A stretch of DNA of 53,692 bases from an uncultured Alphaproteobacteria bacterium (GTDB lineage: Bacteria; Pseudomonadota; Alphaproteobacteria; CAAHEQ01; UBA3637). This document shows, piece after piece, positions 9,560-16,605 of the stretch. Location: NCBI GenBank assembly GCA_947624545.1, contig CANQKV010000002.1:1-53692 (forward strand), written 5' to 3'. A program made the translations under genes and the position numbers. How positions within the stretch are numbered: the first letter of the stretch is position 1; every line of letters begins with the position of its first letter. The notes under the pieces are model-generated. The model did no database searches. It had not been told where the DNA came from and worked only from the letters and a program-made list of their open reading frames with translations.

Positions 9560-10930
9560 ATGCGTAAATTATTTATTTGTTTGTTAATCGGTTGTTTTTG
9601 GTTGGCGGTTTGTTCGGCTGATGCCGCAAAAAATACCCAAAAAGAAAAACGTTTTAAAGCTTCGGAACCGCAACAGGAGGTTGTGGAAGAAGAAAAAACA
9701 AACAATCATAAAAAAATCAGTAAAAAATCAATGTTCGGTTGCGGACAGGATCATCCGATTCGTGTGGCGGGATTTGTGACAAATGCTCCGTTCGGTTGGG
9801 TTAATATTATACCGGCAAAGGGTATGAAACCGGAGCAATATGTGAACGGCGGCTTTTCTTACGACTTGTTTGAACAAATTGTAACCGATGCCGGACTTAA
9901 AATTCAAAATGTCGGCTATACGTCTTATCAGGAAGCCATGCGAGATTTACGGCGCGGAAAAATAGATGTGGTTGCCGGCGGTTATTTTGATAATCGTATG
10001 TTGGGGGCGGGCGTTAATTTAATGTTTCCGAGCTATTTTACCAATCCGATTATTCCGATTTTCTTGAACGGAAAAGAAAAAGAAGTGCGTTCTTGGGATG
10101 ATTTAAAAGGATTAAAAGGTGTTGTTCGGCAGGAAGAAAACATTTATTCCCTTATTTTTAATCAGTTGCCGAAAGAGATTGAAATTAAGCAAGTCAGCGG
10201 TTCCAAAAAGGCATTTACAATGTTATTGAAAGGGGAGGCGGATTATATTTTAACCAGTTTATATGCCGGCGAATCCGAAGTGCGACGCTTTAAATTAACC
10301 GGAGAAGTTTATTTTTCCCCGAAAGCTCTTGTGTCGGCAGAATTGTTTTTTGTGTTTTCATCGCACAGTGATTGTCCTGCCATTAAGAAAAAGTTAGAAC
10401 CGATTTTAAGAAAATTAAAAGAAAATGACGATGCTTATCGGAAAACATTTATCGGGTATATTGATGAATGGGGGCTTCGCTTTCAAAATGCCAAAGGGTT
10501 AAAACAGGAGTTGTATGAAGAAGAACAAAAAATAGCGGTGTCGACTGAAAATGTTGATCAGGAAAGTAATACCATTGCTTCCGATTCGCCCGATCCCGAA
10601 TCGGATTTGCCGGATCAGGCGGAAAACGAAAAAACAGAATCCGCCTCAAATGCGCCGACGGAAACAAATGGTGTGATGCCATCAGGCGATTCGGCGCAAC
10701 CGACACAGCCGACACAAACGACATCATCAGGCGATTCAGCGCAACCGACACAATCGGCACAACCCGATGTGCAAAATAAATCAAACGAATCGGCTCAAAA
10801 ACAACCGCAAGCGGCAGCAACGTCAAACGATAAAACAAGCGTGAAAAAATCGCCCGAATCGAAAGAAGCGCCGAAAGAGGAAAAACCGAATCGTCCGTTA
10901 ACGGCAGCCGAAAGGATTCGTAATTTATGA
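9560..10930 (+). CDS. Periplasmic family-3 solute-binding-protein-like protein with a long low-complexity C-terminal tail
   Basis: The start is taken at ATG 9560, which gives the signal peptide 'MRKLFICLLIGCFWLAVCSADA'. The core 'IRVAGFVTNAPFGW...GKIDVVAGGYF...ADYILTSLYAGE' resembles SBP_bac_3. The last 130 aa or so are Q/P/S/E/K-rich, with 'SGDSAQPTQ' occurring twice. Confidence 0.7.
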   Translation: MRKLFICLLIGCFWLAVCSADAAKNTQKEKRFKASEPQQEVVEEEKTNNHKKISKKSMFGCGQDHPIRVAGFVTNAPFGWVNIIPAKGMKPEQYVNGGFSYDLFEQIVTDAGLKIQNVGYTSYQEAMRDLRRGKIDVVAGGYFDNRMLGAGVNLMFPSYFTNPIIPIFLNGKEKEVRSWDDLKGLKGVVRQEENIYSLIFNQLPKEIEIKQVSGSKKAFTMLLKGEADYILTSLYAGESEVRRFKLTGEVYFSPKALVSAELFFVFSSHSDCPAIKKKLEPILRKLKENDDAYRKTFIGYIDEWGLRFQNAKGLKQELYEEEQKIAVSTENVDQESNTIASDSPDPESDLPDQAENEKTESASNAPTETNGVMPSGDSAQPTQPTQTTSSGDSAQPTQSAQPDVQNKSNESAQKQPQAAATSNDKTSVKKSPESKEAPKEEKPNRPLTAAERIRNL

Positions 10931-10994
10931 CGAAATGTTGTTTTTTCATTGACAAAAAAAGGTTTTTGCCGAATACTTGAAAAAAAGGATTCAT

Positions 10995-12161
10995 ATGAAA
11001 AAAAGTTTAAAACTTTTATGCGTTGCGTTGGTGGGATCGGGAATCGCCGTCGGTATTTTTTACGGGTGGCGATTTTATTATCCGCATGTGGAACGGCGCT
11101 ATTATCCGAACGGACAAATTCAAACCGAAACAATGTATAAAGGACAAGTGAAAAACGGCGAATCGAAAACATATTATGAAAACGGCAATTTAAGATTGTT
11201 AATCACATATGTCAACGGTCATTTAAACGGCTTGTTTCGGCAATATTATCCCGACGGCACGTTAATGACGGAGTTTGTCCGCGACGGTGATAAAATAAAC
11301 GGTCCGTTAAAAGAATATTATAAAAACGGCGTGTTAAGATATGTTGAAAATTATTCCGATGATATGTTGGATGGCGACAGCGTGGAGTATTATCCTTCCG
11401 GAAAAATCAAAGAATCAATTTCCTATAAGCAAAATCTGAAAGAAGGTTCGCATAAAGTTTATTTTGAAGACGGCAGTTTGGCTGCCGAAACACCGTTTCA
11501 TAATGATAAAATCAACGGCGAAAAAAGAATAAATTATCCGAACGGTGTTGTTCGGTTGATTATCCCGTTTTCCGATGACAAAATAAACGGTGTCGTGCAA
11601 ATGTTTTATAAAAATAAACAAATGCAGGCTCAAATTCCTTATGTCAATGATGAAATTCACGGAACAATGATTGAATATGACGAAAAAGGAACGATTATCG
11701 GAAAATATCCTTATGTTCATAACGAACGCGACGGCGTGGCGCGCTTATATGATGAAAACGGTGCATTAATGTTGGAAATGCCTTATTTGAAAGGTAAAAT
11801 TAACGGTATTGCCGTTGAATATTTTGAAAATAATCAGCCGCATGGAAAAATTCCTTATATCGATAATCAAAAAGAAGGGTTGGCGCAATTTTTCTATCCC
11901 GACGGAAAAATTGCCAAGGAAGTTTCTTTCTCAAAAGACAAGTTTGAGGGAATCAGCAAAAATTATGATCGAAACGGAACATTGATTATGGAAGTGTTTT
12001 TCAGAAACAATCAGATTATTGAAGGATTTTCTTATCAATCGGGCAAAAAAGAACCGTTATCGCCGTCTGCTCTTGCGAAACTTAAAAATTTACAGCATAT
12101 TTTGTTTTATGATAATCGGTCGGTCGGCGAACAGTTGTTAGATAATTTGGTTATTCAATAA
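10995..12161 (+). CDS. MORN-variant (YwqK-like) repeat protein with an N-terminal signal/anchor
   Basis: About 14 tandem 23-24-aa units follow the pattern 'YYxNGxL...Y.NG.LNG', for example 'YYENGNLRLLITYVNGHLNGLFRQYYPDGTL'. I chose ATG 10995 because 'aagga' lies 6 nt upstream. The ORF-track start at 10977 is a TTG. Confidence 0.75.
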   Translation: MKKSLKLLCVALVGSGIAVGIFYGWRFYYPHVERRYYPNGQIQTETMYKGQVKNGESKTYYENGNLRLLITYVNGHLNGLFRQYYPDGTLMTEFVRDGDKINGPLKEYYKNGVLRYVENYSDDMLDGDSVEYYPSGKIKESISYKQNLKEGSHKVYFEDGSLAAETPFHNDKINGEKRINYPNGVVRLIIPFSDDKINGVVQMFYKNKQMQAQIPYVNDEIHGTMIEYDEKGTIIGKYPYVHNERDGVARLYDENGALMLEMPYLKGKINGIAVEYFENNQPHGKIPYIDNQKEGLAQFFYPDGKIAKEVSFSKDKFEGISKNYDRNGTLIMEVFFRNNQIIEGFSYQSGKKEPLSPSALAKLKNLQHILFYDNRSVGEQLLDNLVIQ

Positions 12162-12175
12162 AACGGTACGGTAAA

Positions 12176-13288
12176 ATGAAACTTGATTTTCATAAAAGTC
12201 AAAAAACGCTTACGGTTCTTTTAGAGGGAGATTTTTTACATTTTGATGCCCCTCATCGGAAAACGGCGTTATATGAGGCGGCGCAAAACAATACCGTCCG
12301 AGAAATAACGCTTGATGCTCGTTCGTTGGGAGAATGGGATTCTTCCCTGGTTGTGATTTTAACAACGCTTAAACAAACGGCAAATACGCGCGGTATTCTT
12401 TTTAACGATCAGACGTTACCCGATGATTTAAAACAATTATTGGATTTGGCGTTAGCAGTGAATCGACACCCCGTTCACGATTCGAATCAAACGGAAGATT
12501 TTTTGGAACACATCGGCGATTGGGGATTAAGCTTTATGGCATCGCTTCATAAAGGGCTTACTTTTTTGGGAAACAGTTTTCATTCTGTCGGACGTTTTTT
12601 CGCCGGATACGCCGTTATGCGAAACGTCGACTTATGGCAGGCATTAGGAGAGTGCGGTCCGAAAGCTTTATCGATTGTCGGCTTAATCAGCTTTATGGTC
12701 GGACTTATTTTGGCTTTTGTCGGTGCCATTCAGCTTAAAACATTCGGCGCGCAGGTTTTTGTTGCCAGTTTGGTTACCATCGGCATGATTCGGATTATGG
12801 GTGCCATTATGGTCGGTATTATTATGGCAGGCAGAACAGGGGCATCATATGCGGCAACCATCGGTACCATGCAGGTCAATGAGGAAATTGATGCTTTAAA
12901 AACAATGGGGATTCCCGTTTCGGATTTTTTGGTGTTACCGCGTATTCTTGCATTAGTTATTACAATGCCGTTATTGGTGTTGTTATCGGATTTTTCGGGT
13001 ATGCTGGGCGGAGCATTTGTCGGCACGACATTATTGGGTATTCCGGCGGAAGAATATTGGAAATATGCGTGGAATGCTTTCGGATTAACCAACTTTTTGG
13101 TCGGATTGTTTCACGGTCTTGTTTTCGGGTTTGTCATATCGCTTTGCGGATGTTATTTCGGTGTTTATTGCGGTCGTAATGCCGACAGCGTGGGTGTTGC
13201 AACAACAAACGCCGTTGTTTGGGCGATTGTCTGGATGATTGTGTTAACGGGAATTATCACGTTTTTCTGTGAGGTAATCGGCGTATGA
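12176..13288 (+). CDS. MlaE-family lipid ABC transporter permease with an N-terminal STAS-like extension
   Basis: The C-terminal ~250 aa have the multi-TM MlaE pattern ('EEIDALKTMGIPVSDFLVLPRILALVITMPLL'). The first ~110 aa are soluble and resemble MlaB/STAS. Confidence 0.85.
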   Translation: MKLDFHKSQKTLTVLLEGDFLHFDAPHRKTALYEAAQNNTVREITLDARSLGEWDSSLVVILTTLKQTANTRGILFNDQTLPDDLKQLLDLALAVNRHPVHDSNQTEDFLEHIGDWGLSFMASLHKGLTFLGNSFHSVGRFFAGYAVMRNVDLWQALGECGPKALSIVGLISFMVGLILAFVGAIQLKTFGAQVFVASLVTIGMIRIMGAIMVGIIMAGRTGASYAATIGTMQVNEEIDALKTMGIPVSDFLVLPRILALVITMPLLVLLSDFSGMLGGAFVGTTLLGIPAEEYWKYAWNAFGLTNFLVGLFHGLVFGFVISLCGCYFGVYCGRNADSVGVATTNAVVWAIVWMIVLTGIITFFCEVIGV

Positions 13289-14055
13289 AGCAAACGGAAA
13301 AAAGCGCGATTTCGGTAAAAAATTTGACCATGGGATACGGTTCGTTCATCTTACAAAAAGAAATGAACTTTGAAGTAAAACCGCATGATATTTTTATTAT
13401 TATGGGGGGGAGCGGTTGCGGTAAAAGCTCGCTTTTGCGCGTGTTAACGGGATTGGTACCGCCGTTGGCGGGCAGTGTTTGGATTCAAGGCACAAAGTTT
13501 TCGGGTGCTTCGGCGGATAAACAAAAAGAAATTATGAAAAACTGCGGTATTTTATACCAGAGCGGCGCTTTGTTCAGCTCAATGACATTGGCGGAGAACG
13601 TGGCTTTACCGCTCAAACAATATACCGATTATTCCGAACAAACCGTTCGTGAGCTTGTGTCTTTAAAATTGGCGTTGGTCGGGTTGGCAGGGTTTGAGGA
13701 GTTTTATCCGTCGGAAATCAGCGGCGGTATGAAAAAACGTGCCGGATTGGCACGAGCGTTGGCGTTGGATCCCGATATTGTTTACTTTGATGAGCCGTCT
13801 GCCGGATTGGATCCGATCAGTTCAAAACTGTTGGACGATTTAATGAAAAACATTAATCAAAGCTTGGGAACAACACTGGTTGTGGTAACGCATGAGTTAA
13901 GTTCGCTTTTGGATATCGGTACCAACAGCATTTATTTGGATGCCGAAAGCAAAACAATTATCGGCAGAGGCAAACCGGCAGATTTACTTAAAAATCCGCC
14001 GAATCAAACGGTTTATGAATTTTTAACGAGAGGAAAACAGAAAAATGTCAGATAA
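13285..14055 (+). CDS. ABC transporter ATP-binding protein (MlaF-like)
   Basis: It has Walker A 'GGSGCGKSS', the signature 'ISGGMKKRAGLARAL' and Walker B 'IVYFDEPSAGLD'. It overlaps the permease stop by 4 nt. Confidence 0.92.
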   Translation: MKQTEKSAISVKNLTMGYGSFILQKEMNFEVKPHDIFIIMGGSGCGKSSLLRVLTGLVPPLAGSVWIQGTKFSGASADKQKEIMKNCGILYQSGALFSSMTLAENVALPLKQYTDYSEQTVRELVSLKLALVGLAGFEEFYPSEISGGMKKRAGLARALALDPDIVYFDEPSAGLDPISSKLLDDLMKNINQSLGTTLVVVTHELSSLLDIGTNSIYLDAESKTIIGRGKPADLLKNPPNQTVYEFLTRGKQKNVR

Positions 14056-14893
14056 AGTGAATAAAAAACGAATCGGTTTATTTTTAGTTATCGGCTTTGT
14101 TTGCTTGTTCGGAATAATCGGCACGTTTATGATTGAAAATATTATGCCGAACAACAATAAGTTGTTTGTTATGTTCTTTAATGAATCGGTCAAAGGCTTA
14201 AATGTCGGATCTTCTGTGGTGTTAGAGGGGGTGGAAGTCGGAAAAGTTACGCGTATTTCTTTGGAAACAAATCCGAAAACGCTCACGTTCAGTATTCCCG
14301 TTTTTGTGCGCTTTACACAAGATAATCGTACAAACTCGATTCTAAAAACCATGTTTCAAACACATCACAGCCGAGAAGAAATTATCAACAAGTTAATTAA
14401 GAAAGGTTTACGGGCGCGCTTGGTAACGCAAAACTTTTTGACGGGACAGCTAATGATTGAATTGGTTATGTTGCCCGATACGCCCGTTCAAATGGTTGAA
14501 ACACCGCAAACAAAAGGCTTGCTTCAAATTCCGACCGTGTTATCAACCATCGGGGAATTATCAAAAGGTATTCAAGATTTACCGTTAAAGGAAATGGTTT
14601 ATAAGTTTAATAACATTTTGGATATTTTAAGTGACAGAATACCTGTTATTATGCCGCAGGTAACGTTGTTGGGTGAAAACTTGAATAAAGCCGTTCCCGC
14701 GTTTGTCGGATTAACGGAACGATTAGACGGTACGGTTCAAAAATTAGACGGACAAATTCCGAAAACGGATCAGACAATCAATCACTTTAATACGACGTTG
14801 GATAATATCAGTCAGGCGGCGCGGTCGCTTAAAAACTTAACGGATTATTTGGAAAGACATCCGGAAGCGCTTTTAAAAGGAAAGGAAAAATAA
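14045..14893 (+). CDS. MCE/MlaD-family substrate-binding protein
   Basis: An N-terminal TM ('IGLFLVIGFVCLFGIIGTF') is followed by an MCE-type beta-barrel region ('GLNVGSSVVLEGVEVGKVTRISL'). The gene is operonic with the permease and ATPase. Confidence 0.8.
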   Translation: MSDKVNKKRIGLFLVIGFVCLFGIIGTFMIENIMPNNNKLFVMFFNESVKGLNVGSSVVLEGVEVGKVTRISLETNPKTLTFSIPVFVRFTQDNRTNSILKTMFQTHHSREEIINKLIKKGLRARLVTQNFLTGQLMIELVMLPDTPVQMVETPQTKGLLQIPTVLSTIGELSKGIQDLPLKEMVYKFNNILDILSDRIPVIMPQVTLLGENLNKAVPAFVGLTERLDGTVQKLDGQIPKTDQTINHFNTTLDNISQAARSLKNLTDYLERHPEALLKGKEK

Positions 14894-14894
14894 A

Positions 14895-15464
14895 ATGAAA
14901 CGATTTTTGGCATTTGCGGCAGGAATAATGTTGTTAAGCGGTTGTATCGGGGGATACAGCCCCATGTCGAAATTTTACACATTGGTCGGCGAAACGAATA
15001 TCACGCCCGTCAGCGAAACAAAAATATCCGTCGGCGTGTTGCCGGTTCAAATTCCCGATTATTTGAATCGTCCGCAAATTATTTTGAACGGAGTCGGCAA
15101 TCAAATGGATTTATCCGAAACAAACCGTTGGATTGATTCGCTGACCGAGTTGGCACAAAGTGCCTTGATTTTTGATTTACAACAAGCTTTGCCGAAAGCG
15201 TTTGTCAAAACAAAGGGATATGATAATTCAAAATATAATCGGTTGGTACAGGTTGAAGTGGCGCAAATGGACGGCAAAATCAACGGTACGGCGGTATTAT
15301 CCGTTTGGTGGCATGTGCAAAATATGAACGGACGCGAACTTTATCGTACCCGTTTTGAAGCAACGACACCCGCAGGCGATTCGTATGAAACCTATGCACA
15401 AGCGCAAAGTGAATTGTGGAAACGGTTGGCGATTGAAATTGCCGTTTATTTGGGTGGTAAATAA
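14895..15464 (+). CDS. PqiC-like (ABC-type transport auxiliary, DUF330) lipoprotein
   Basis: It has the lipobox 'IMLLSGC', is about 190 aa, and is the last gene of the Mla/Pqi-type operon, starting 1 nt after the MCE stop. Confidence 0.7.
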   Translation: MKRFLAFAAGIMLLSGCIGGYSPMSKFYTLVGETNITPVSETKISVGVLPVQIPDYLNRPQIILNGVGNQMDLSETNRWIDSLTELAQSALIFDLQQALPKAFVKTKGYDNSKYNRLVQVEVAQMDGKINGTAVLSVWWHVQNMNGRELYRTRFEATTPAGDSYETYAQAQSELWKRLAIEIAVYLGGK

Positions 15465-15518
15465 GCTCTCTTGATTTTAACGCTTTTATTCCTTAACTTT
15501 TATTCAAAGGAGGAATAA

Positions 15519-15698
15519 ATGAAAGCGTGGATTAAAGATATTTTAGATATGTTGGCGGCACTTTTTACCATTATTGTATCGTTAATGGCGGTCGGCGGCA
15601 CATTGGTGGCTTACGAACATGATTTTTTTAAGAAACTCAATCATGTTGTGAATTATTATCATCGGGAAATCAGGGATATAGAAGAAAAAGAGCTGTGA
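15519..15698 (+). CDS. Small (59 aa) single-TM membrane protein; below the ORF-track length cut-off
   Basis: My own translation is MKAWIKDILDMLAALFTIIVSLMAVGGTLVAYEHDFFKKLNHVVNYYHREIRDIEEKEL*. A strong SD 'aaaggagga' sits 5-8 nt upstream of ATG 15519. There is one clear hydrophobic helix. Confidence 0.45.
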   Translation: MKAWIKDILDMLAALFTIIVSLMAVGGTLVAYEHDFFKKLNHVVNYYHREIRDIEEKEL

Positions 15699-15760
15699 TT
15701 TGAAATAAGTCTTGCCATAAAGTTACTTTTATGATAGTATGCAAATATAAGGATACAACA

Positions 15761-16516
15761 ATGCTCTATCAAAAAAGTTTCAACGATAAAACAGCTTTTT
15801 GGGAAACCAATTTTACATTTAACGGAAAGTGGCAAAAACTGCAATGGCGTTCGGAAAATGAAATTGCATCGAAACGCAAGTTTTTTTGCATTGTTCGAAA
15901 AAAGTTTATCAGAAAGTGTGCGCAAAACGGGTTGTTAAATCATCTTTTTACGGAAGATCAAATAAAAAAAGCCTTAAAAGGCATTTTGCCGGACAATTAT
16001 GATGTTCATCACATTTTGCCGATTTCTTTGGGCGGTAAAAACAGACCGAATAATTTATGTATTATTCATAAAATGGTGCATTGTGCTTTGCATCAGCGGT
16101 ATTGGGATATTATTCGAGATAATTGGGATACGCGCCAAAATCCGCAGGCATATGTTTTTTTGCCGACAAATTTAAAAATTATCAGCGATAAAGACGCCTC
16201 TTTGTTTTTTTCCGAAACAGATGTTTTTAAAATTAAAAAAGAATATAAGCAGCGTTTAAAAATCAGTGCCTTTCATGCCAAACAAAAAACTTCTTTGCAA
16301 CGAAAAACAAAGAATCATCAGGCGCGGGTTTCGGATCGGACATTGCAAGAGAAATATCAGCAGAATAAAATTGTGTTTAAGAATAAAAAAAAGCAAACAC
16401 AAAAAAGTCGTTCGACTGCTTTGTCGCGTAAAAAAGCGACTGTTCAATCCAAAGGGAAATATCATCGTGAGATGTATAAAAAATTTCGGCAATGGTATCG
16501 GGAAGAAGAACGTTAA
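15761..16516 (+). CDS. HNH endonuclease-domain protein with a strongly basic C-terminal tail
   Basis: 'YDVHHILPISLGGKNRPNNLCIIHKMVHCALH' is an HNH motif. The C-terminal ~90 aa are K/R/Q-rich. I chose ATG 15761 because 'aagga' lies 8 nt upstream. The ORF-track start is 15731. Confidence 0.7.
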   Translation: MLYQKSFNDKTAFWETNFTFNGKWQKLQWRSENEIASKRKFFCIVRKKFIRKCAQNGLLNHLFTEDQIKKALKGILPDNYDVHHILPISLGGKNRPNNLCIIHKMVHCALHQRYWDIIRDNWDTRQNPQAYVFLPTNLKIISDKDASLFFSETDVFKIKKEYKQRLKISAFHAKQKTSLQRKTKNHQARVSDRTLQEKYQQNKIVFKNKKKQTQKSRSTALSRKKATVQSKGKYHREMYKKFRQWYREEER

Positions 16517-16523
16517 TTTTGTT

Positions 16524-16551
16524 TTGACATTTTTATAAAAAAATGTATAAT
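16524..16551 (+). promoter_or_regulatory. Sigma-70-type promoter for thrS
   Basis: TTGACA (16524-16529), a 16-nt spacer and TATAAT (16546-16551) lie 55 nt upstream of the thrS ATG. Confidence 0.55.
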
Positions 16552-16605
16552 GAAAAATCTGCCTCATAAGTAGTCAAAGCAGAAAGAACAATAGAAAGGA
16601 AAAGA

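Noticed and set aside
10449-11172. Minus-strand ORFs 10449-10994 and 10795-11172 across the binding-protein tail and the MORN gene start.
   Set aside because: They are antisense to the low-complexity tail, where repeat-rich DNA keeps frames open. They overlap two well-supported plus-strand genes and a predicted promoter.
16256-16567. ORFs 16256-16567 (-) and 16266-16538 (+) overlapping the 3' part of the HNH gene.
   Set aside because: The A/K-rich coding sequence of the basic tail leaves alternative frames open. The HNH frame is continuous with the catalytic domain and has the RBS.
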